Shown: positions 48,007 to 59,300 of the stretch, piece after piece | Layout: every line of letters starts with the position of its first letter | Position numbering within the stretch: the stretch's first letter is position 1 | Assembly: GCA_004431415.1 (NCBI GenBank) | Contig: QPMI01000249.1 | Span: 1 to 64,000, forward strand | Direction: 5' to 3' | DNA: 64,000 nucleotides | From: Cyanophora paradoxa CCMP329 | Taxonomy: Eukaryota; Plantae; Glaucophyta | Position numbers and translations under genes: made by a program | Notes under the pieces: generated by a model | Seen by the model: the letters and a program-made list of their open reading frames with translations, nothing else | Database searches by the model: none | What the model was told of the DNA's origin: nothing

Positions 48007-48876
48007 CTACTCCCACGACACATAAAGAGCAACAAGAATCCAGGAAGGTAACTGTGCCGAGCGAGGCCCGCGATAGCACACGTCATATGCTGGGCGAGCA
48101 CCATTGCAGGTGCACGCAAGGCAAGCTGCAACTGTGGCCACCATGGAGCTGAGGGCCACTGAGGGACAATAAAAACTGCCGAGGCCCTACACTGGCGGAC
48201 ATGTGACACAAGGTGCAAGAGGAAATTTGGGTCCGGAAAGACGTAATTACGAGCACCACGCCAGGTTGCTGTAAAGCAATCATATCCTTCAGCATGTCGA
48301 TCATTCAAATCAATGGAAAAGTATCGATTTAGGTGAGTGTTGGCTGATGAGGCCATACGATCAATATCAAAAGGTCCAAATGTCCGACTGACCATGGCAA
48401 AATATCCAGGTTTCAACGAGTAGTCGGCGGGGTAAAAGTAGCGACTCAAAGCATCGGACCACTCATTGTCAACACCAGGAATGTGTTCTGCTTCAATGCT
48501 GATGCAATTGAGCAGAGCAATATCCCAAATTGCTGCTGCAACTCGGCAAAGGTATTCATGTCTTCCGCCACCATTGTTGATGTAGGCCACAGTCACTGTG
48601 TTGTCCGAGCGAACTAAGATGTTCTGATTGCGCAATAAACCTTGATAGTGCTGCATAGCGCGAAGCACTGCCATTAACTCGCGCCACGACGAAATTTGCT
48701 GAGCTTCTTCTTGGTTCCACAGGCACTGGAATGGGGCAGGCTCAAGCTCCCAAGCCACAGGTTGAGCATCACCAATTCGGGTAGTGATCCAGGCTCCTGC
48801 ACCAACATGGCTTGCATCCGTAGTCAACACAAGGAGCCTTTCAGGCCGAATAGGGCAGCGGCCATTGTATCGGTGG
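48007..48876 (-). pseudogene. 5'-truncated second copy of RNase H-methyltransferase
   Basis: Same sequence as 45416-46286, lacking RT, with a 1-nt deletion near 48095. Confidence 0.88.
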
Positions 48877-50383
48877 CTTTCAGCGTGAAGGAGGTTCTGC
48901 AGAGTCTGTCGCGCGCGCTCTGTTTCTCGGAGTCTGTCATGCGCGCGCGGCGCGGCGCGGGGGCTAGCGCTGGGGATCTAGATCTAGAGCTCCCGATCAA
49001 TGAGCCCCGGCCCGTCGTGCCCGCGCGCAGAGCCTGTGTGACGACAGCCTTGTCCAGTTCGACAATTGCAAGATCGGGATCAGTAACTACTACTGGCGAG
49101 CTCGAGCTGCTGTTCAGTTTGAATCTAGATGAATTTTTAGAGCGTACTTAATTGTGTAATTGGAAATTGAGCGCCGCAAGTATATAACGTTAACGCCGCG
49201 ATTTATCTCAGGGCGTTTCCGAGCACGTGCACGGCGGGCCAGCAGCGCGCCTCGCGGATCAAGCAGCTCCAGGACTGCGTCGTGGCTGCCGAGGAGCAGA
49301 AGAAAACGCTCTCGGACCAGAAGGAGAAATCGCAGCACGGGAAGGAGGACTTGGTGCGTCGGAGGTCTCACAGCTGCAGCCGTATTTATTTAATTAGCTG
49401 CCGCGGCTGCGCCACTTTAATTTCGTGTGAGATTTGTATTAGATCTAAACGGAATTTGACATTTAGGCGGACCGCGCGGCGCTGCTGGAGCAGCTGGGCG
49501 CTAGAGCGCGAGGACGACGCCCTCTCTTCAGAGCTCGCGATCGCCCGGTGATCATGAGTCTCGCAGTTGCAATTGCTCGCGCGCGGATCCCGGAGCGCCA
49601 ACGCGTACGGTACCTGTGCATGCGCACTAGACTCAATCAATGATTGCAATTGACTTGAATTTTGAAAAAGAGAAGAGTTTGAGGGCGCATTGAATTCGCA
49701 GGAATTTAAATTAGACGCGCCCGCGGCCGCGTTCGTGCGCGCAGCTACCGCGACTGCGATCCAGAGGTGCGCGATCGCGGTTTACATGTTTCAAGTTTAT
49801 AATTACCGTAGTACTTTGAGTTCTTGGATTAATGAACCTGGTGCAGAGACGCAGACGACTGTACATGTCGCAACGGAGGCTGCAAATCGGTGCACGGGTG
49901 CGCATGCTTAAGTAATAATTCTTGGCCGACGCCCATGTACACGCGCACGTGCACGCGAAATCCGTGCGCAAGCACGTGCACGTGCGCGTGCACGTGCGCG
50001 CTGACAACGTTCTAGATCTAGATCTTCCGGCGAAGAAGCACTGCGCGGCGAAGCACAACATGGAGGCAAAGAAATTCATGATCAGCCGGGCTTTCGACGT
50101 CCCTGAGGCGCGCCCAGAGGATTTGAAATTTCGCGATCGGATTCTATACCTTGTAACATCGATGGCTGATTATGACGCGTAAAGCGAAAAGGCCCTTTTC
50201 TCCTTTTCAAAAGCGAGAAGGCCCTTTTTCTCCTTTTTCCTCCTCTTCAACGTTAACAGGGGCATGCGCAGCGCACTGCACTGCACTCCATGACAACTCC
50301 ATTGATGATTGCGAATCCATGCAGACAAATAAAAATGCCTCGATCAGCTGCTGCTGTTTAACAGTTACTACCCCCAATTGTTG

Positions 50384-53300
50384 TCACTGAAGCTGGATAT
50401 TGAACTGAACTGTAAACAAATACTGCCTTCTGTTATCCGCCTTGTCTCCGAGATTGATTTCCTGTCGCAAATTGGAAATTCATGATCATAAGCAGTGATC
50501 AGACCTTGTATTACAGGCGTACGTACCTTTAGCGCCCATGTACCACCCGGGCTTCCGGCGGGCAGCGCGTGCGTGATGGTGTAGAGTTTCCACGCCCCGG
50601 GGTCGCCGACGAAGAAGCGGGTGTAGTAGTTCTCGTGGTAATGGTACTCGAACACGTCCCCGCCCGTCGGACTTAGCAGGCGGTACGAAACAGAGCCGAG
50701 GCCTGACCCGCCGTGATCCCGGGCCCAGTACCGGATGGTAACGTAAGTGCCTCCATTCGGATTGGTCGGGTCCGTGGGGGCCGCCTGGAACAACATTCAA
50801 TACACCATGTAAAATCTTGTGCATTTATGGACACGCATACCGATACGGTGACGTTCGTCGCGTTGAGCTCCGGCTGGAACAAATCGGCGACCGGCGTCGT
50901 GATGTTGATGTTGTATTGCTTATCTGGAGTGCGATACATCTCCGCCGCAGTGGTTTCCTGGGCGATGTTTGTGACTGTGTAGTGTTCGATAAAGTACGTC
51001 CTGAAAAATAATATTAGAGAGACGTCGACCGGGATTTAGCATTGCAATTGCAAGCTAATGATCACCCGTTGCGCTGGTAAGGATTGATATCGAAATCGAC
51101 TGTGCAGTTATACGCGAACGCCTCGGTCAGTTTTACGCAGTACTGCTTTCCAACCTGCGCATGCAAAGCAAGAAAGAAATTTTATGTATTAGTTATAGAC
51201 GCGGACAGGGTCTGTCGCGTGCGAGATTAGTGTGTCTAATCGTGCGCGCGAGAAGCCCGTGCGGAGTGCAAGCTCGGCAGGGCGGGGTTTGGCGAGTGCT
51301 GCTGCTGTTAGCCACCGTGATGGTAGACTGAGGGTGTACCCGTCCAACTACGGCGTACCCCGACACACGCATACAAATGACCGCGGCGCTCTAACTAGCC
51401 TAGGCGCCGTCGGCCTAGCAGCACGAAGGCTGCATACATCATCTAGAGCCCTAGCGGCTCACAATCGAGCATCCACTGTAAAGTCGGATGCGACAACTCC
51501 TCCTCTCGGATCCCGCGTCCGCGCGGGTCTACGCCCGAAGGCGAACAGAGAGAGGGCCGGGGAAGCCAGGAATTTGATCGAGCCTGAGCTCTCTATACAA
51601 CGCGACCCCGGCCGCTATACACAAACGCTCGGAGCTACCGGCTACTGCCGGGAATCGAAAAAAGGCTCCGAGCCACTCACGGTCGGCGTCACCGGCTACT
51701 GCCGGGAATCGAAAAGACGCCGAGCCCGTCTACGTCCGGCGACTGCCGGGAATCGAAAAAGGCTGTCGCCCGGCGGGTGCCGGTACGACTCCAGCGTGTA
51801 GTGCCCAGGGGGCAAGGTCCAACTTCGGGCCGGCGGCCCAGGCAAACCCGCACGAGGCGAGCGGTACGGAGACAGAAGCCGAGGGGGGCCCTGCCCTCAT
51901 CGCGCAGCACGTTAGCCGCAAGAGCGCACGCTGCAACAGCAACGCGGGGCGTAGCGTCGCGATGGCACTCGATAGCCCACAGCAATATGCCCGTCCCAGC
52001 GCTTAGGGATATGCAGCCCGTCGTGCGACGCTGCCTAGGCACAAGCCGCGCTCCCACAGCAATTGCACGGCATCGAATCGGGGGACCCCGACGGCGGTGG
52101 AGCTAGGGATCTCCAGGGCGAGGCTAGGCGCCGCCCACAGGGCTCAAACCACCGTCACTCGTGACGGCAGGTGCCCTGCCCGACCCGTGCATGCACGTCC
52201 ATTGCGAGGGGGACGTGACCCTCCCAGGCGAACTGCCACCGAGCGTCCCCGGTGCAGAGCCCTGAATGGGGGAATTTTTGCGTCCCCAGTCGTCGTACCC
52301 GGAGTGGGATCCGGCGTAACGACCGCCTGCGTGTACCCCCACCGGCGCAAGGCGCGCCCTGGTACACCGCCAGGTCTTACACGGAGGGGAATGGACATCC
52401 CCTGTCGCTGTACCCGAGGCAGAACTCGGCGTCACAGCCGCCTACCGACCCTTCTGCAGACGCGAGGCGCGTCCTAGGGCTCGGCTAGGTCTTCGGAGGG
52501 CCCCAGCCCTGTCACCGTGCCGAGCTGTGCTCAAGGCCACCGGCCGCCCGCGGCTCATCCAATTTGCCCGGGTCTTTACAAGGGACTCGCACCCTGTCAC
52601 CGCGCCGAGCTGTGCTCAAGGCTGACGGCCGCCCGCAGCCTCTTCTCTCGGCTCGGGGCTTTCGCGTTGTGCGCGGGGCTCTGAGGCCCGTCGATCCAGC
52701 CCGCCTCGGGCGATCTCTTGCTCAGCGCTGCCAAGGGGCTAGCGCAGCCGCTCTCCTGTCCTCACCCTCTCGCGGGGTCGGGACGCAGCTCAGAGCCGGC
52801 TTCCTAGATCTCATGATCAAGCCGCTCCCGCCGGAGCCGTTGGCACCGTGGCCGTGGCTTCCGGCCCGGACCACCCGCCGCCTTAACCGCCTTGGGGCCA
52901 GGCCGGCCACATGCGAGACGGAACTCATGGGTGTCCTTCTGGCGCCGCCTCAACAGGCCGGCCACCGGGTCTCCAAGCTCCTAGCTTGTGAGCAGGGCTC
53001 GCGGCCCGCCGCACCGCTCGGCCTGCAGCCGCAGCGTGCCGCCTGGGTGCCAACTTGTCGGGCAGTTCACCAGGTTTTTGGGCTGGGCACCAGGCCCTTG
53101 CCCCGCTAACGTTCGGTCCGGGCCCCGGAACCAACACGTGCGGCCTGGGCGCCAACTTGGCGGGCATCACCAGGACTTTAAGTTCAAGATAGTGCAAAGC
53201 TCTCGATGGAGCTGCTGGTGCCTGAACGCCTAGGGGCGAGCCAGGACTTTATTTCAGGGCTCGAGCTCTCGAGGGCACTGTGTGCTCATGATCAAGCTCG

Positions 53301-56300
53301 CCCTTCATTGGAGCTTGGAAGCTCACGATTTTCGCAGGGGCTCACGGGCCGCCTGTCAAGCTCACGGCATGCCGTCAGGCGCTCGCCGGCCGCGGGGCCG
53401 GGCATCGTGCCTCTGGCATCGAGCTTCTCTTGAGAGTGCATCCCGAGCTCAAGGCTCCGCGGATTACATCTCATTTTGCAACGGCAGCTATGCCGCTCTC
53501 AGGCCGAGGAGCTCACGATCAGAGCATTAGCTGCCGCGAGGGCCAGCTACAGCGAGGGCCAGCCCTGGCCGCAAGGCCTGAGGCCACTTTCCTGGATTTC
53601 GCAAGGCCCGTGGACGCACTCAGCGACTGCAGTGCGCCGCGCGAAATCGCAGGCTTTCGACGAGAGAGTCTTGGAGGGACTCCTCCTCTCGGAAAGACTG
53701 GTACCCGCTTGGGGTTTGCGATCTGATCTCGGCCACTGGCCACAGATCTAGATTGAGGCAAGCAGGAGGGCTCGCAATTGCGGCGCCGGCCGCGGGCCTC
53801 TTTGCAGGCTTCAGCGAAAGAGGTACTCCTCCTCTCGGAAAGAGGGGCACCCCGATTGGGGCCCTCTTTCGCAAGTGCTATTTGATCTCGGCCAGCGGCC
53901 ACAGATCCAAGCAAGCCGTGGGGCAGGAGGGCAAGCGGCAGCAATTGCACTGCTCGTGCAGCATGCATATGCCCGTGCTCACTCCTCCTCTCGGAAGACG
54001 TCGTCCCCGACGTCTGAAATCATGTACAAGTGTACAAATATACAGCCTGCTCAGAGGCAGGTATATTGGCCGCTTATTACAGCGACACATGGGACTCTCG
54101 CAGGGGAGGCCCAGGCTCCGCGAAAAATTGAATCGCGGTTACGAGCAGGGCTGTTCTGGCGGCTGCCCAAGCCAGCCAGACCCTAGTGCAGCTGGTGCAC
54201 GTGCTCACTCACGCTCCGCCGCAGGGCGCGCGGTCGGAGCCGCTGAGCTTGAGGGCGCAGGAAGCGCGGGGCGAGCAGCCCGTGTGGGGGGGTCGGAGCA
54301 GGCACTGTGGTGGTGCCCTGCCTCGCCACAGCGACCGCAGACTTCGTCTGGGTCCTGTTTTCCCTCATCGGACCAGTACTCTTGCTCGTCGGCAGCATCC
54401 TCTTGGGATTGCTTTGGCCGATAGTACTGGCCGCGGCGCACCCAGGGGCGTACTGGGGCGAACGGGGTGCGCTTGGGGCACACATTTGCCCAATGACGCC
54501 GCGCCTCAACGGGGACGCTAGGGTCATCTGAGCACCCATAGCAGTCTGAGGGGGGGTACTCGGGGTACCCGAGCTCAGACATGCGGCGCAGCACCTCCGC
54601 GACGGCAGCAGGCGAGCGGGACTGCACGGCCCAAGAGGACCCACGTGCTGAGATCGAGGGCTGGGCCCTGGGGTCGGCGTCCCGAGGCGCAGCAGGGCCA
54701 AGGGAGCTCGAGGACTCATCCTCGGCAAACTTTGCCTGCAGGATACGGGTCCGTTTTGCCTCTGGCGGCTGAGCAGCTGCCGGTGCAGGCGGGAACACGG
54801 CACGGCAGCCGTGGCGCGTGCACTGCTCGATGAAAATATCATCAAGCTCGAGCGGCGAGACAGCGCCGTCACGGGCAAGGAGGCGCTGCTGCAGCGCAGC
54901 GAGGAACTCGCGCATCGTGCGCTCGTTCTCTTTCGCGAAGCCGGCCATCCGAACCTCAAGGTTCTGATATTCCGGGTCCTTGCTCGTCGAGCGGGCCTCG
55001 AGCGCGATGCGCAGGCAATCCGCATAGTACGCAGCGAGCCGCTGGCCCGGCGGCAGCGTGTGCCGCACAAGGGGCATGACCCAGTCATGCCACGAGCGGG
55101 GGTCCTCGCCCGTGTAGGGCTCAGTGAGGGCCCGGCAGGCCGCATGCGGGCGCAGCTTGTGAATCCACGCCGTGATCGTATCGAGCAGCCCGGGGGCACG
55201 CAAGTACGAGTCACGCACGGCCACGATCGTGGCCTCATCACGCACGCAGCTCTGCTGCAGAGCGAGAATATTGGCATCATCCTCGGCAGACCGCAGGTTT
55301 GCCGGGACAAGCTCGAGACGAGCGAGCGTGGCGCGGTCACGCTCTAGGAGAGCAACCGAGGCCTCATAGAGGTCACGCTTGCGCTCGATCTCAGCGCGGA
55401 GAGCGCCGGGGCGGATTCGCCCAACGATCACTCCGGCTAGTGCCTCCGACTTTGAGTACTCCTGGCCACCGGCAGAATCCGGGCCAAACAAGTACTTCGT
55501 CGGCAGGGCCGACTGGAAGTTCCGCACATCCTTCCGGAACCGGTCGCCATCGGCGAGGCGCGGATTCGCAGGCAGGAACGCGATCCGCACGGGATCATCG
55601 TCCGCCGCAGCGGAGGCAGCAAGTTGCTGCACATGCAAAGCAGCACCAGCCTGGGCATGCACAGGCTCGATGTGCGCGAGGGCAGACAGCCGGCTTCGGA
55701 CTTCAGAACTGATCAGTTCAGAAGAGTTTGACATGGTGTTCTCTTTGCAACGTAAAGCCGCAAGAACAAGATGCCAGGGAGAGCACTAGGCGCGGGATTT
55801 GATCTGCAGCTCGCTGCAGAATCCGGCGCGGAGATCTCGCGGTCACGCAAGAGCGCGACTCAGGGACACTTAGAGAGCTGCTCGCAGCAGTCTCCGTGGC
55901 ACGGTTGCTCGCAACCGGCGATGGGACAGGCAATGATGAGACTCTCGAGAGAGAGCTCGGCGCGTGCGCTTCGGTCTGGGGATGACCCGAAGCCCGCGAT
56001 AGGCACTAGAGACGTTTCCGGTGCACTACCGTCCAACCGCAAGCGGTACAGGGCGGCGCACTCAAACGCAAAGCAACCGTGGGGACGGCGCTCGCGCGGA
56101 AAGCAGGTCTCTGGCTCCAATAGACACTGGGCAAGGCGGCGCAGCGATGCGCGCTGCGCGGCGGGGCTGGGGAGAGCGATACGGACTCAGACCCTTGAAG
56201 GTTCGATTCCGGCAGAATGGCGCCTGTCGCGTGCGAGATTAGTGTGTCTAATCGTGCGCGCGAGAAGCCCGTGCGGAGTGCAAGCTCGGCAGGGCGGGGT

Positions 56301-59300
56301 TTGGCGAGTGCTGCTGCTGTTAGCCACCGTGATGGTAGACTGAGGGTGTACCCGTCCAACTACGGCGTACCCCGACACACGCATACAAATGACCGCGGCG
56401 CTCTAACTAGCCTAGGCGCCGTCGGCCTAGCAGCACGAAGGCTGCATACATCATCTAGAGCCCTAGCGGCTCACAATCGAGCATCCACTGTAAAGTCGGA
56501 TGCGACAGGGTCGAAGCATGTAATTATAAGGAAATAGTCCTTTGACTCTGGATCGGGGTCCTAAAAAGGGGCAGCAGCTGCGGACCACCGCGTTGTCATT
56601 GATCAGGTTGCCATTCAGGACGTGCCGCAGCCTACTTCTGACGCTTTCGACAGCACTTCCGCTGAGGATCTTAAACGTCGCATACAGCCGCTGCGCAAAC
56701 GGGCAGTCATGAACAAAGTCGACGCTCGCATTTTTCAATCTTTGATTTTGCACCTGGATTTCATACACGCGCCCGCTCTCCGTGACGTTGACCCGCTGGA
56801 TGACATGGCTCGTTGTGTTGTCAAATATGATTGGGCTCCCGTCTTGCTTCTCGAGGTTGTTAACCCAGAATCTGCGAACCGTGGCCAAAGTCAAACGCGG
56901 GTCGAGCATTTTCAAATATTCTCGAGCAATCCGAATGCGTCGCGGACCTCCAGCCCGCGTCCTCGCCCTCGAGCTCCCTCTTCACGCCGTCGGCCGCCAC
57001 GACATAGAAGAAGTACCCCGTCTTCACGAACCTGCGCTGTTACGGTCGATTTCGACGCTCGAGCTCTTCCCCTGGCGCTACAGCAGCCACAGGCGCCGTA
57101 GTGGGAGGATCGCGCGCCAGAAGCCCCCGCGGACACGCTCGGTGATCTCCATCGTGCCCCGCAGCAGCCCCGGGGTTCCGGTTGGGCTGAGCCATTGGTC
57201 CATGAACGCGGCCTCTTTATCCGTCGGAATACCCCAGTAAGTCCTGCGCGCACACACGTATTCACAACTCTGAACTCGACAGGGGAAGCGCACGCATGCG
57301 CAGGCTTGGATCCGGGGCGTACCGGAAGAAGGCGTTCTTTGGGGAGGGGAAGAGGGTCGGGTCAATGCGGAAGGTCCACTCGAACGTCGCCACCTTCTTG
57401 CCCTCGGGGGGCCCTTCCACCTGGGCTGGACTGAGTACATGTTCGAACGAGGACTGCAGCACGGGACGGAACCTTGATGTCGACGCCGATGAGCTTGCCC
57501 GGGTACGAGGTGTCCGGGTCCAGGTTCAGGACCTGCGCATGCCGCGCTGTCGTACCCCCGAAGCGGGGGCCGGGGCGCGAAGGGGAATCCGGAGCCTCGG
57601 AGGCGCATGCGCAGGGTCGCGGCACCTGGAAGGTGAGGCCGGCGTTGGCGCCCTGCGGGTACCGGTTCCCATGCATCACCTGCGGGCGGGGCGGCCAATT
57701 CGCATCAGAGTCGTGTATGTGTGTGTGTGGGGGGGGGGGGGGGGGGGGCGAGTGACATCGATCGCGACGTTGACCCCTGGCCAATATATAATTTTATAAG
57801 ATTTAGGGTCCGAGCCCTTCGGGTCCGAGCTCGAGCTCGATGGCGAGGATCCGGAGCGGAGATGGAGAGAGCGGGAGTCTGCAGCTGGCCGCAGAGAACA
57901 TGATTGTGACGTCGACCCCTGGCAATAATTATATACGATCTAAAAGTCCCAGCCCTTCAATTTCAACTGTCCCCCGAGCTCGATTGTGAGGCGTGGGACC
58001 GCACCCGGCGGGTGACGAACTCGGCGCGCTCGGCGCCGCGCGCGAGCTCGAGGAGCCGCCCGGGGGCCGTCACGTACTCCGCCAGCGCCAGGCACAGGCT
58101 GCGCCGGCGTCAAGCTCAAGCTTCGACTTCCGAGTTCTGTGAAGACTGTGTGAAGCTTAAGGCGCACTCTTCCTCGGGGGAGGCGGCGGCCGTGCCGTTC
58201 GCGACGCCGTGCGGCCACCAGAAGCGGCTCACATTCCCCTGCGCGGCGTCGGCACCCGTGCGGGCGGGGCGGCCGCGGGCGCGGCCCATCTGGAGGAGTC
58301 TGAATTGCTCGCACCGGCTTAGAGGTGGCCCAGGCGCTGGGCCCGCCCGTCCAGCCGCCGAGCGCCGCCCAGTCGCTCTTGAGGCCTTCCGAGAACAGGC
58401 GCGCCCTGCAATTGCAGAGGCGCGCGAGTCAAGATGCGTAAATTGAGAATAAATGCATAAATGAACGCGCGCGCGCGGACCACATGAAGCGGGCGCTCTC
58501 GAAGAGGAGCGCCTCGTGGGCGCCCGGCGGGGCGAGCGCCGCGGGGTCGGCGCTCCCGTTCCGCGCCCCGTCAGAGAGCCGCTCGAAGGCCGCGCTGCAG
58601 GCGGGCTCAGATGCGCAGGCGCACACGATGGAGAGGGATTGAGGCTTTGAGGGGCCGGGGCGCCAGCCAAAAATAGGCACAGGCCATGAGGTTAAAGGCG
58701 CATATGCATGCGATTATCCAATTCGAATCTTGAGGTCTTCATAAAAAAAGGCGCATTCAATGATGCGATGGCGGCACGTGCACGATCAACTTGCTGCGTG
58801 CAGTGTGAGGACCCGGGATGATTCGGGGAATCACTAGCCCCTCGCGAGATGGCCTGTTGGTAGAACTGCCGCCTTGACACCCCCTTAGTCGTTGGTTCGA
58901 CTTCGGCTGGGTCCGGGTCGCAACGCGTCCATAACAAACTCACATCTAAATTTTAGCGGAGCCTAAAGTACGGGTCGGGCTGGGCGACCGCGATCGCGAG
59001 GGCGGCACCTGGAGAGCTCGATGTAGGAGTCGGCGGCCGCGGCCGGCCAGGCGCGGGCGAGGCGCCCCGACGAGGGCGGCGAGGCGCGCGCCAGGATGTA
59101 CTTCATGCCCGGGGGCGCGTGGAAGCCCTGCCGCCCGCTCAGTTCAGCCTCAAAGTTCTAGATATATAGATTATGGCCCAGTGTTTCGGTCTAGGGGCAA
59201 TGCGATGAAGCGCCATGATCTAGATCTAGAGTCGAGGGCGATGCGGGCGCATTTTGACTTGCAGTTGCATCGAATGTTGACGTTCCGGGGGTACCGGTGG

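Larger units (their letters stand above)
42044..48876. mobile_element. Rearranged DIRS/PAT-type tyrosine-recombinase retrotransposon locus (two partial copies tail-to-tail)
   Basis: Contains gag with a CCHC knuckle, RT-RNaseH-methyltransferase and YR. GC is clearly lower than the host genes and there are no host-type introns. Confidence 0.93.
45416..48876. repeat. Inverted repeat, arms 45416-46442 and 47852-48876
   Basis: Arms are reverse complements (1027 vs 1025 bp); two single-base homopolymer indels account for the length difference. Confidence 0.93.
51213..56507 (-). mobile_element. Non-autonomous gag-only LTR retrotransposon, recent insertion
   Basis: Two 283-bp LTRs with TGTCGC...GCGACA ends, identical by eye. 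TSD GGGTC at 51208-51212 and 56508-56512. PBS, PPT and gag present; no pol motifs. Confidence 0.95.

Noticed and set aside
48877-50182. Coding-like fragments (e.g. IKQLQDCVVAAEEQKK..., KKHCAAKHNMEAKK...) next to the DIRS locus
   Set aside because: Could not be spliced into a coherent gene; possibly remnants.
51638-54000. Repeat-spacer-like arrays suggesting CRISPR
   Set aside because: Eukaryotic context, only three irregular units, no cas genes; explained as retroelement cis signals.
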